A stretch of DNA of 21,324 bases from Armatimonadota bacterium (GTDB taxonomy: Bacteria; Armatimonadota; UBA10988). The translations under genes were made by a program, and so were the position numbers. Below, piece after piece: positions 7,515-15,055 of the stretch. The first letter of the stretch is position 1. Every line of letters starts with the position of its first letter. The stretch spans positions 1-21,324 of the forward strand of contig JACRKZ010000132.1 of NCBI GenBank assembly GCA_016235455.1. The letters are read 5' to 3'. Under the pieces are notes generated by a model. The model was given only the letters and a program-made list of their open reading frames with translations, ran no database searches and was not told the DNA's origin.

Positions 7515-9050
7515 ATGCCCCAGTATCCGTCCCGTCGTACCTTCCTCGGCGCGAGCGCGCTGGCGATGGCCGGCGTGTCAGCCCGCGCCCAGGCACCCAA
7601 GGACAAGCTCAACGTGCTGTTCGTCGCCGTCGACGACCTCAAGCCGCTGATCGGCTGTTACGGCGACAAGACGGTCAAGACCCCGAACATGGACCGGCTG
7701 GCGGCGCGCGGCATGGTCTTCGACCGAGCCTACTGCCAGCAGGCGGTCTGCTCGCCGTCGCGGTCGTCGCTGCTGACCGGCACGCGGCCCGACACGACCA
7801 AGGTGTGGGACCTGGTAACGCATTTCCGCGATGCGCTGCCCGATGTGGTCACGCTGCCGCAGCACTTCCAGGCCAATGGCTGGCAGGCCGAGGGCATGGG
7901 CAAGATCTACCACGGCGGTTACGACGATCCGCGCTCGTGGAGCGTGCCGTCGTGGTTGCCCCGCGCCAAGGCCGTCGCGCCGGCCGAAGCCGCCGCCTGT
8001 GACTACCGCTGGGAGTACGCCTGCTCCGCGGCCGACGACTGGTATGAGCAGCAGGCCGAGGGCTTGCGGTTCGCCCAAGCCGGCGCGAAGCCGCCGACAC
8101 CGCCGCAGCCGCCGCGCGGCCGGCCGTGGGAGGCGCTGACCATGCCCGATGAGCAGACCGCCGATGGGCAGATCGCGCTGCATGCCGTCGAACGCCTGCG
8201 GGCCAACGCCAGGCAGGCCTTCTTCCTGGCCGTCGGCTTCCTCAAGCCTCACCTGCCGTTCGTCTCGCCCAAGAAGTACTGGGACCTCTATGACCGCGAC
8301 CAGTTCACGCTGGCCGACAACCCGGATCCGCCCGAAGGCGCCCCGAGCTTCGCCAAGACCACTTGGGGCGAGCTTCGGCAGTACCTGGGCATGCCCAAGA
8401 CCGGCCCGCTGAGCGATGACGAGGCGCGCTCCATGCTGCACGGCTACCACGCCGCGGTCAGCTTCATGGACGCGCAACTGGGCGTGGTGCTCGATGAACT
8501 GGACCGCTTGAAGCTGACCGAGCGGACGGCCATCGTGCTGTGGGGCGACCATGGCTGGCACTTGGGCGACCACGGCTTCTGGTGCAAGCACACCAACTAC
8601 GAGAGCGCCGCCCACGCGCCGTTGATCATGAGCGTGCCCGCTATGAAGCACGCCGGCGAGCACACCGGCGCGCTGACCGAGTTCGTCGACATCTACCCGA
8701 CGCTGTGCGACGTCTGCGGCATCCCCAAGCCGGCCCACCTGGAGGGCTGGTCGGCGGCGCCGGTGCTGGACGACCCCAAGCGCCCGTGGAAGCGAGCCGC
8801 CTTCAGCCAGTATCCGCGCGGCATGGGCCCGAAGGGGCCCGGCATGGGCTATGCGCTGGCCACCGAACGCTACCGATTCGTCGAGTGGCGGCCGCGGCGC
8901 CAGCCCGACGACAGCGTCTGCGAGCTGTATGACCACCAGACCGACCCGAAAGAGAACCACAATCTCGCGGACCGGCCCGCGCAGGCTGAGCGCGTCAAGG
9001 AGTTTCGCGCGCTGATCCGCGCCGGCTGGAAGGGCGCGCTGCCGGGCTAG
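7515..9050 (+). CDS. Tat-exported formylglycine-dependent sulfatase (iduronate-2-sulfatase-like)
   Basis: Twin-arginine SRRTFLG, NVLFVAVDDL, CSPSRSSLLTG, GKIYH, GFLKPHLPF, WGDHGWHLG, WCKHTNYE; GGAG SD. Confidence 0.95.
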   Translation: MPQYPSRRTFLGASALAMAGVSARAQAPKDKLNVLFVAVDDLKPLIGCYGDKTVKTPNMDRLAARGMVFDRAYCQQAVCSPSRSSLLTGTRPDTTKVWDLVTHFRDALPDVVTLPQHFQANGWQAEGMGKIYHGGYDDPRSWSVPSWLPRAKAVAPAEAAACDYRWEYACSAADDWYEQQAEGLRFAQAGAKPPTPPQPPRGRPWEALTMPDEQTADGQIALHAVERLRANARQAFFLAVGFLKPHLPFVSPKKYWDLYDRDQFTLADNPDPPEGAPSFAKTTWGELRQYLGMPKTGPLSDDEARSMLHGYHAAVSFMDAQLGVVLDELDRLKLTERTAIVLWGDHGWHLGDHGFWCKHTNYESAAHAPLIMSVPAMKHAGEHTGALTEFVDIYPTLCDVCGIPKPAHLEGWSAAPVLDDPKRPWKRAAFSQYPRGMGPKGPGMGYALATERYRFVEWRPRRQPDDSVCELYDHQTDPKENHNLADRPAQAERVKEFRALIRAGWKGALPG

Positions 9051-9056
9051 ACCGGC

Positions 9057-9632
9057 CTACTCGCGTTCGATGGCACAGCCCTCGCCCTGCACTCGGTCGG
9101 GGCTCGGCCGGCGGTTCGCCAGCACGGCCGCGATGGCGTTGCGCAAATAGCGCTTGGCCGGGTCCACGCGTTCGGGCCGGCTGGCGTTGTCGATGGCGCC
9201 CCAGTAGCGCAGCCGCAGGTCGGTGTCGAGCACAAAGGCCTCGGGCGTGGCCACGGCGTGATAGGTGTCGGCCACCTTGTTGTGATGGTCCTTGAGCACG
9301 GTGAAGGTCAGGCTGGCCGCGCGCTGATGAGCGCGGATGGCGTCGGCCGACTCGCCGGCGTTGGAGTTGATGGCGTACAGCACCACGCCCTTGTCGGCGA
9401 ACTCGTTGCGCAGCGCCTGCACGCGCTGCTCGTAGGCGTGGCAGACCGGGCAGTCGGAGCCGAACCAGAGCAACACGACGGCCTTGGCCTTGCCCTTGTG
9501 GTTGCTCAGCCGGTGCAGTGTGCCGCTCAGATCGTACAGCGCGAAGTCGGGTGTCGGCGAGCCCAGGGGCAGTTGCGCGGCGCAAGCCGCGGCCAGGGCC
9601 ATGAGCGCGATCAGCAGAGCGCGAGGGCGCAT
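9057..9632 (-). CDS. Exported thioredoxin-fold redoxin (AhpC/TSA-like, CxxC)
   Basis: Start reassigned to ATG 9632 (GGAGG SD; 1 nt after the upstream stop). Signal peptide, PDFALYDLSG, CPVC, AINSN, TPEAFV, YWGAIDN, C-terminal GCAI. Confidence 0.9.
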   Translation of the reverse strand: MRPRALLIALMALAAACAAQLPLGSPTPDFALYDLSGTLHRLSNHKGKAKAVVLLWFGSDCPVCHAYEQRVQALRNEFADKGVVLYAINSNAGESADAIRAHQRAASLTFTVLKDHHNKVADTYHAVATPEAFVLDTDLRLRYWGAIDNASRPERVDPAKRYLRNAIAAVLANRRPSPDRVQGEGCAIERE

Positions 9633-9633
9633 G

Positions 9634-11664
9634 TCACTTGCCTCCCAGCAGTGCGTCGAGCCGAGCGGCAAGCTGCTCGGCCGGCCAGACGCCTATCTTG
9701 GTCTCAACCACCGCGCCGATGCCGTTGACCACGAACGTGGTTGGCTTGATGCGGATGTCGTACCGCGCGATGAGCGCCTCATCGGGGCTGTCCTCGTCGA
9801 GCGAGACGTCGACGAACGCGATGCGACCAGCGTACTTGGGCCGTAGCTCGGTCACGATGCGGTCCATGGCGCGGCACGGAATGCAGCTGGCCGAGCGGAA
9901 GCTGAGCAGCACCGGCTGCCGGGCGGCCTTGGCGGCGACCAACGCCTGCTCGGCCGCGGTGGGGCCGGTGGTGGCCATGGTCACAACGCGGCGGCTGTAC
10001 CGCAGCCATGACCACATAGGCGCGGTGATGGGCTTGCCGTCGGTGCCGAACGGATCGAGCACGATGGGCGCCTCGAAGAACGGCGAGGCGTCGCCATGGC
10101 AATCGCCGCAGCCGCCAGCGCCCCAGGCCTGTCGGGCCGGCGCCACGTTGTGGCTGAACGTCCAGCGCAAGGGCTGTGCCTGGTCGCTCATCCGCACCCT
10201 CAGCTGGTCACCAACCAACTCGAACTCGCGCCAGCCTTTGACGAAGACCGGGTCGACGGCCGCGAACCGGCCGCCCTCCTGGCTCCTGGTGATGGCCCGC
10301 AGCATCGCGGTGATCTCCGCGGCGGTATTGGCCTCGGGCTTGTCATCGCCGTTGTCGTCGCGTATCTCGGCCTTGGCCAGTTCGAAGGCACGTTTGGTCT
10401 CGGCCAGCGTCAGCGGATGGACCGTGGCGCCCGCTCTGCTGCCCCACCAGGCCGGCAGCAGGGCGTTGCCGCTGTAGAGCTTGCCGTCGGCCAGACGGAA
10501 GTAGCTGGGCTGCCAAGGCGCGCTCTCGCCGTACTTCCGCGCCTGGGGCGAGGTGGGCAAGCCCATAGTGGCACCGGTTGTGGTGTCCACCGTGCCGACC
10601 GCGGCCACCTGGCCGCCGCGCACATGGCAGGTGACGCAGGCGATCTTGTCCAGATGGCCCGCGGGCAAGTCCGGGTGCTTGGGCCGTGGCACGCCGAGCC
10701 GCTTGCTGTGGCAGCCCTGGCAGGAGACGGTGTCGCTGTCGAGGTCGTTGCGCACGCTGACCTCGCTCGTCTGGCCCTTGGCAAACTGATGGTCCGCGCC
10801 CGACGCGTGGCAACTGACACAGCGCAGCCCAGCGGCGGTGTGGACGTCCGCCGTGCGTCCGTCCCAAACGTGGCCACGCTTCTTGGCCTCGGCTTCGGCA
10901 TGGCAGCTCAAGCAGGCGGCATCGGCGGGGCTGCGGACGATGTTCAACGACACCTTGCCGCTGGCCGATCCGTAGGTCAGCTTGGGCTTCTCGCCGGCCA
11001 GCACCGAGCCGTTGACCTGGCCCAGTCCACTGCCCACGGTCGCGGCCCAGCCGTAGTTGGCCCTGGCCAGTTGCGCGTTGCGCGCAGGCATGCTGTAGCC
11101 GGGCAGATGGCAGATGAGGCAGTCGGCTTCGACCACGCCCGATTGGTCCCAGCGGGCCTGGTGGTAGTCACCGTCCAGGCTCTTGGCCAGCGCTGGCTGC
11201 GCCTTCTGGCGGCGGTCGAAGCGTTGGCCGCCGCGGTCGGTCTCGAAAGCGCCGCCGCCCGGGTGGCACCCGCCGCAGCGCGTGCCGAACTCCCAGGCGC
11301 TCACCCCCACCTCGGCCTCGGTGCGGTTACTCTTGGCGGCAATCCACTCGTAGGACATGTGGAATTGCTTGCCGATCTGGCCGGGCGACCAGACCCAGGG
11401 CTTGTCAACGTTTGGCTTGGCCTCGTCGGCGCCCATCTGGAAGTGATAGCCCTGTGTGATCTTGGCGTAGTCGTGGCAGCCGCCGCAGGTCTGCCGGGGA
11501 CTGTAGGGCGCCGGGTCGGCCGCGCCAGGGTGGATGGCGCGGCCGTCGGCGTCCTTGAGCTGCACCGGCGCGTGCGGTCTGGCCACGGGCGCGGCGTCGG
11601 CACCCAGCCAGCCCAACGTTCCTGTCAGCAGGAGCGCGAAGCTGCGCCACCCAACCCTTCGCAT
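9634..11664 (-). CDS. Exported multiheme (8 x CxxCH) cytochrome c with C-terminal thioredoxin domain, about 676 aa
   Basis: Start reassigned to ATG 11664 (GGGAG SD; signal peptide). CxxCH at 11473-87, 11263-77, 11107-21, 10900-14, 10807-21, 10708-22, 10624-38 and 10096-10110. The last ~105 aa are Trx-like, with CIPC and a cis-Pro motif KPTT. Confidence 0.92.
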   Translation of the reverse strand: MRRVGWRSFALLLTGTLGWLGADAAPVARPHAPVQLKDADGRAIHPGAADPAPYSPRQTCGGCHDYAKITQGYHFQMGADEAKPNVDKPWVWSPGQIGKQFHMSYEWIAAKSNRTEAEVGVSAWEFGTRCGGCHPGGGAFETDRGGQRFDRRQKAQPALAKSLDGDYHQARWDQSGVVEADCLICHLPGYSMPARNAQLARANYGWAATVGSGLGQVNGSVLAGEKPKLTYGSASGKVSLNIVRSPADAACLSCHAEAEAKKRGHVWDGRTADVHTAAGLRCVSCHASGADHQFAKGQTSEVSVRNDLDSDTVSCQGCHSKRLGVPRPKHPDLPAGHLDKIACVTCHVRGGQVAAVGTVDTTTGATMGLPTSPQARKYGESAPWQPSYFRLADGKLYSGNALLPAWWGSRAGATVHPLTLAETKRAFELAKAEIRDDNGDDKPEANTAAEITAMLRAITRSQEGGRFAAVDPVFVKGWREFELVGDQLRVRMSDQAQPLRWTFSHNVAPARQAWGAGGCGDCHGDASPFFEAPIVLDPFGTDGKPITAPMWSWLRYSRRVVTMATTGPTAAEQALVAAKAARQPVLLSFRSASCIPCRAMDRIVTELRPKYAGRIAFVDVSLDEDSPDEALIARYDIRIKPTTFVVNGIGAVVETKIGVWPAEQLAARLDALLGGK

Positions 11665-11681
11665 CGTCGTTCTCCCTGGCG

Positions 11682-12062
11682 CTACTCGGCCAGACCCATC
11701 GCCCGACGCGTCGCCGTGACCGTCAAGGCAACTTCCTCGGCCTTCAGATCGAAGTCCCGGTTCTTGGCGACGCCCAGCTCCGTGACCACGATGTAGGTGT
11801 CTGGCTCGCGGCCCGCCTGAGCAGCCAGGCCGGCCTTGACGCAGCCCACCGCGCAACCGTCGATGGCAATCAGGTGCGACGCCTTGCTCGCGCCCGCCAC
11901 CAGCCCGTCAATGCCGGCCGCCACGCCCACAGCGCACTTCATGCGCCCCAGGCCGCCACGCTCCAGCTCGATGCCCGCCTGGTTGGCGATCTGCCCCACG
12001 TTGGAGCCGCCAGAGCAACCCAGAATCAGGACCTGGTCCTGCACCGAACAGCACTCACTCAT
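11682..12062 (-). CDS. DGC domain putative zinc-binding protein
   Basis: CSGGSNVGQIAN, MKCAVGV, IAIDGCAVGCVK; N-terminal CC; GGGGAG SD. Confidence 0.92.
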   Translation of the reverse strand: MSECCSVQDQVLILGCSGGSNVGQIANQAGIELERGGLGRMKCAVGVAAGIDGLVAGASKASHLIAIDGCAVGCVKAGLAAQAGREPDTYIVVTELGVAKNRDFDLKAEEVALTVTATRRAMGLAE

Positions 12063-12077
12063 CTCATCTCCCCATTC

Positions 12078-12767
12078 TCAGTTGGCTAGCACCAAATAGA
12101 ACGCGGTCGCCACCAGCAACCAGCCGCTACCGCGTTGCACTCGCTCCATATGCGGGCCGAGTTGCCTCAGCCGGCCCGCGGCGCCGGCGCACAGGCCCAG
12201 CACCAGCAGTGGCAGGCCATGGCCCACGGCATAGGCGAACAGCAGCATGCCGCCGAACAGCGGATGGCCCTTGGCCGCCGCCGCGGACAGAATGACCGCC
12301 AGGATCGGTGTCGCGCAGGGCGAGGCGATCAGGCCGAACAGCATGCCCAGCAGCAGCGCGGAAACGAAGCTGCCCGCTGCCGGTCGGAAGGCCTTGGTCG
12401 GCCCGATGACCGGCAAGCGCACGTCGATGGCGCCCGCCCAGACCAGGCCGAAGAAGAGACACACGCCGGCCGCCACCAAGCGCCAGGCCGCCGCCGACAG
12501 GCCGAGCAGGCCGCCGGCCGCCGAGAAGACGACGCCGATAGCCGCGTAGACCAGGCCCAGGCCCAGCACGAACGTGGCGGCCAGCGCCGGCGCGTGCCAG
12601 CGCGGACGCTCGCCCTGCGCGCCGATCAGCCCGATAAGCACCGGCACCGTCGGGTAGCTGCACGGGTTGAACCCGGTCAGGCAACCGCCCACAAAGGCCA
12701 GCCCCACGGATAGTACCGACACCTCGACCAGACTGGCGCCGCGCCGCGCGGCAATCTGCTCGAGCAT
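12078..12767 (-). CDS. ccdA: CcdA/DsbD-beta transmembrane disulfide electron transporter
   Basis: Start reassigned to ATG 12767 (TGATG overlap with the upstream stop). About 6 TM segments and two Pro-Cys motifs, GFNPCSYP and ASPCATP. Confidence 0.92.
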   Translation of the reverse strand: MLEQIAARRGASLVEVSVLSVGLAFVGGCLTGFNPCSYPTVPVLIGLIGAQGERPRWHAPALAATFVLGLGLVYAAIGVVFSAAGGLLGLSAAAWRLVAAGVCLFFGLVWAGAIDVRLPVIGPTKAFRPAAGSFVSALLLGMLFGLIASPCATPILAVILSAAAAKGHPLFGGMLLFAYAVGHGLPLLVLGLCAGAAGRLRQLGPHMERVQRGSGWLLVATAFYLVLAN

Positions 12768-13198
12768 CAGCGGCTCACCAGGTCGTCCAGACGCTTGGCC
12801 AGTTCGGCCGCCGGCCACAGGCCGATCTTGGTCTCGGCCAGATCGCCGTTCTTGGTGAGCAGCACCGTCGTCGGCTTGGTGCGGATCTGGTGGGCCTCGA
12901 TCAGCTTGACGTCCGGCGTGCCTTCGTCGAGCGAGACGTCGATGATGGCCACACGATCGCCGTAGCGCGGCCGCAGCTCGGCCAGCACCTGACCCATGGC
13001 CACACACGGCCGGCAGCTGTTGCTGCGGAACGCCAGCACGACGGGTTGCTGCGCGGCCTTGGCCGCCACGATCGCGCGCTCGGCCGGCGTGCCCGCGGAC
13101 GCCGCCGAAGATGAGCCACCGGTAGACATGAGCTGTCTGGCTGCCACCAGCGCCACGAAGGCGACGATGATGCCCACGCCCAGGGCTGACTTCCTCAT
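12767..13198 (-). CDS. Membrane-anchored/exported thioredoxin family protein
   Basis: N-terminal hydrophobic helix, Ser/Ala linker, CRPC active site, KPTT cis-Pro; ATGA overlap with the upstream gene. Confidence 0.92.
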   Translation of the reverse strand: MRKSALGVGIIVAFVALVAARQLMSTGGSSSAASAGTPAERAIVAAKAAQQPVVLAFRSNSCRPCVAMGQVLAELRPRYGDRVAIIDVSLDEGTPDVKLIEAHQIRTKPTTVLLTKNGDLAETKIGLWPAAELAKRLDDLVSR

Positions 13199-13437
13199 GA
13201 CACAGCACCCCTTAGCAGCGTGGCGATCTCGGTCGGCGTGAGCAGCTTGCCCATGCTCTTGACGGCGCCATCGATGGCCAGGGCCGGCGTCATCATCACG
13301 CCCATGGCCACGATCTGCTGGACGTCCTCGATCTTCTCGAGCCGGGCGTCGACGCCGGTCTCGGCGACAGCCTGCGCCGCCGCCTCATGGAGCTTCTTGC
13401 ACTTGGCACAACCGGTGCCCAGGATCTGCACTACCAT
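13195..13437 (-). CDS. Small redox-active disulfide protein 2 (Thioredoxin_3 / MTH895-like), 80 aa
   Basis: Start reassigned to ATG 13437. VQILGTGCAKCKKL ... GVMMTPALAIDG; AGGA SD. Confidence 0.93.
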   Translation of the reverse strand: MVVQILGTGCAKCKKLHEAAAQAVAETGVDARLEKIEDVQQIVAMGVMMTPALAIDGAVKSMGKLLTPTEIATLLRGAVS

Positions 13438-13442
13438 CGGTC

Positions 13443-13892
13443 CTACTCCTGTTCGTTGAGCATCTGCTCGAGGATCTCCGCGGCGGCGCCCACGGCATTG
13501 GGGCAGACGGTGCGGACCAGTCCCAACTCGCGCGCCTTGGCCATCTGCTCGGGGTCGGAGATGTCGTAGCCCAGCAGATCGCGGCAGTCCACCGCGCCGC
13601 AGCGCTGGGCGAAGCACTGGGTGAACTCATGCACCTTGTCGTAGACGTCGCCCTTGTTCCAGGCGCCATCCGTCTGCTTGCCCAAGGCCAGGCCCAGGAT
13701 CAGATAGGCACCGGTCACAGCGCCGCAGGTCTCACCCCGCCGACCCATGCCGGCGCCGAAGCCGATCGCGGCCCGCGCCAGCAGGTCGGCGTCGGCGCCG
13801 ACCCGTCCCGCGTAGGTCATCGCGACCGCCTGCGAACACGACATGCCCGTGGCGAACGCGGCCTGTGCCTTCTCTCCCATCACGCTCCCCAT
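13443..13892 (-). CDS. C_GCAxxG_C_C family putative redox-active protein
   Basis: Start at ATG 13892 (or 13880). Four spaced Cys motifs SCSQAV, GETCGAVTG, VDCRDL and VCPNAV, plus FGAGMG. Confidence 0.92.
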   Translation of the reverse strand: MGSVMGEKAQAAFATGMSCSQAVAMTYAGRVGADADLLARAAIGFGAGMGRRGETCGAVTGAYLILGLALGKQTDGAWNKGDVYDKVHEFTQCFAQRCGAVDCRDLLGYDISDPEQMAKARELGLVRTVCPNAVGAAAEILEQMLNEQE

Positions 13893-13903
13893 GCTCTTTC
13901 TCC

Positions 13904-14953
13904 CTAGACAATGGCGTTGAACAGCCAACCAACCGCCATGATGCCCGCGGCCACCACGCCGAAGAAGGTGGCGATGAGCTGCGGACGTAGCACCCGGCGC
14001 AGAATGATGGCCTCGGGCAGCGACAGCGCGATGACGGCCATCATGAAGGCCAGCACCGTGCCCAACGCCGCGCCCTTGCCCAGCAGCGCCTGCACAATGG
14101 GGATGATGCCCGCAGCGTTGGCGTACATCGGCACGCCCAGCAGTACCGCCAGCGGCACCGACCACCAGGCGTCGCGGCCCATGAACGAAGCCATCAGACC
14201 TTCGGGCACATAGCCGTGGATGCCGGCGCCCACGGCGATGCCGAGCACCACATAGGGCCAGACCTTGCCCACTATCTCGCGCACGGCATCGCGGCCGGCC
14301 TGAGTGCGCTCGGTCCAGGTCATCAGGTCGGGCGACAAGCCCGTCTGACCCGCGCCGACCTGATAGACCCAAGGCTCCACCCAGCGCTCGAGCTTCAGCC
14401 GCCCAATGATCCACCCGGCCACCATGGCGATGAGCAGACCGGTGCTCAGATACAGGGCCGCCACCCGCCAGCCAAACAGGCCGAACAACAGCACCAGCGC
14501 CACTTCGTTGACCATCGGCGCGGCGATGAGGAACGATAGCGTCACACCTAACGGCACGCCGGCCTGCACGAAGCCGAGGAACAGCGGCACGGCCGAGCAG
14601 GAACAGAACGGAGTCACCACGCCCAGCAGCGCCGCCAACACGTTGCCCACGGCTTCGCGCCGACCGGCCAGCAGTGATCGCGTGCGCTCAGCACTGAAAT
14701 AGGACCGCACAATACCGACGCCGTAGACGATGAGCGTCAACAGCATGAGCACCTTGGGCACGTCGTAGCAGAAGAACTCGACCGAGGCGCCCAGGCGGCT
14801 GCCCTGGGCCAGGCCCAGCAGGCCGTAGGTCAGAGCGCGCGACAGCCCGAGCAGATGGTGGTAGAGCAGGTACCAGCCGGCCACACCCAGCACCGCGAGC
14901 AGCGGCCTGATAGCCGCCGATGCCTCGCGCCGCGCCGTCGTCGCCATAGCCAT
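13904..14953 (-). CDS. arsP: ArsP-family permease (DUF318; organoarsenical exporter-like)
   Basis: Start at ATG 14953 (GAGG SD; alternatives 14959 and 14947). FFCYDVPK, TPFCSCSAVP, FLIAAPMVNE, GVPMYANAAG, ALSLPE; multi-TM. Confidence 0.9.
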   Translation of the reverse strand: MAMATTARREASAAIRPLLAVLGVAGWYLLYHHLLGLSRALTYGLLGLAQGSRLGASVEFFCYDVPKVLMLLTLIVYGVGIVRSYFSAERTRSLLAGRREAVGNVLAALLGVVTPFCSCSAVPLFLGFVQAGVPLGVTLSFLIAAPMVNEVALVLLFGLFGWRVAALYLSTGLLIAMVAGWIIGRLKLERWVEPWVYQVGAGQTGLSPDLMTWTERTQAGRDAVREIVGKVWPYVVLGIAVGAGIHGYVPEGLMASFMGRDAWWSVPLAVLLGVPMYANAAGIIPIVQALLGKGAALGTVLAFMMAVIALSLPEAIILRRVLRPQLIATFFGVVAAGIMAVGWLFNAIV

Positions 14954-14972
14954 GCTCATCCCTCTTGCTGGC

Positions 14973-15003
14973 AGTATAGCACATATGCGCAGATGTGCAT
15001 ACT
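14973..15003. promoter_or_regulatory. Palindromic operator (likely ArsR/SmtB type) overlapping an extended -10 promoter for the arsP operon
   Basis: AGTAT-a-GCACAT-a-TGCGCA-g-ATGTGC-ATACT is a near-perfect dyad in an AT-rich patch. The minus strand reads TG-c-TATACT (14981-14973), about 20 nt before the arsP start. Confidence 0.75.
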
Positions 15004-15055
15004 TGGTCAAAGAAAGCCGCGGGCGGGTGCGAGGACGGGCGGTCAGGCGTCGTGC

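Larger units (their letters stand above)
9637..13084 (-). repeat. Duplicated thioredoxin domain (copies at about 9637-9954 and 12770-13084)
   Basis: Ungapped hand alignment gives about 60/103 identical aa; an exact 19-nt match TCGTCGAGCGAGACGTCGA lies at 9794-9812 and 12924-12942. Confidence 0.9.

Noticed and set aside
4159-7650. 1163-aa plus-strand ORF, and other long antisense or off-frame ORFs such as 72..1262, 7578..8960, 10096..11796, 15766..17532 and 15924..17603
   Set aside because: Shadow ORFs over well-supported genes in high-GC DNA; Arg/Ala/Gly-rich with no motifs.
9880-9895. CIPC counted as a ninth heme site
   Set aside because: No following His; it lies in the thioredoxin fold and aligns with CRPC of the free thioredoxin.
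11665-14414. Long N-terminal extensions in the ORF track (starts 11856, 13208, 13617, 14414; likewise 7596, 9671, 15010, 15487, 19187)
   Set aside because: They overlap neighbouring real genes or regulatory DNA. Downstream ATGs with SD sites or stop/start overlaps fit better.
9057-14953. Possible selenoprotein versions of the redox genes (these families can carry Sec)
   Set aside because: All active-site positions are Cys codons, and the TGA stops fall at natural C-termini, overlapping or abutting the next start.
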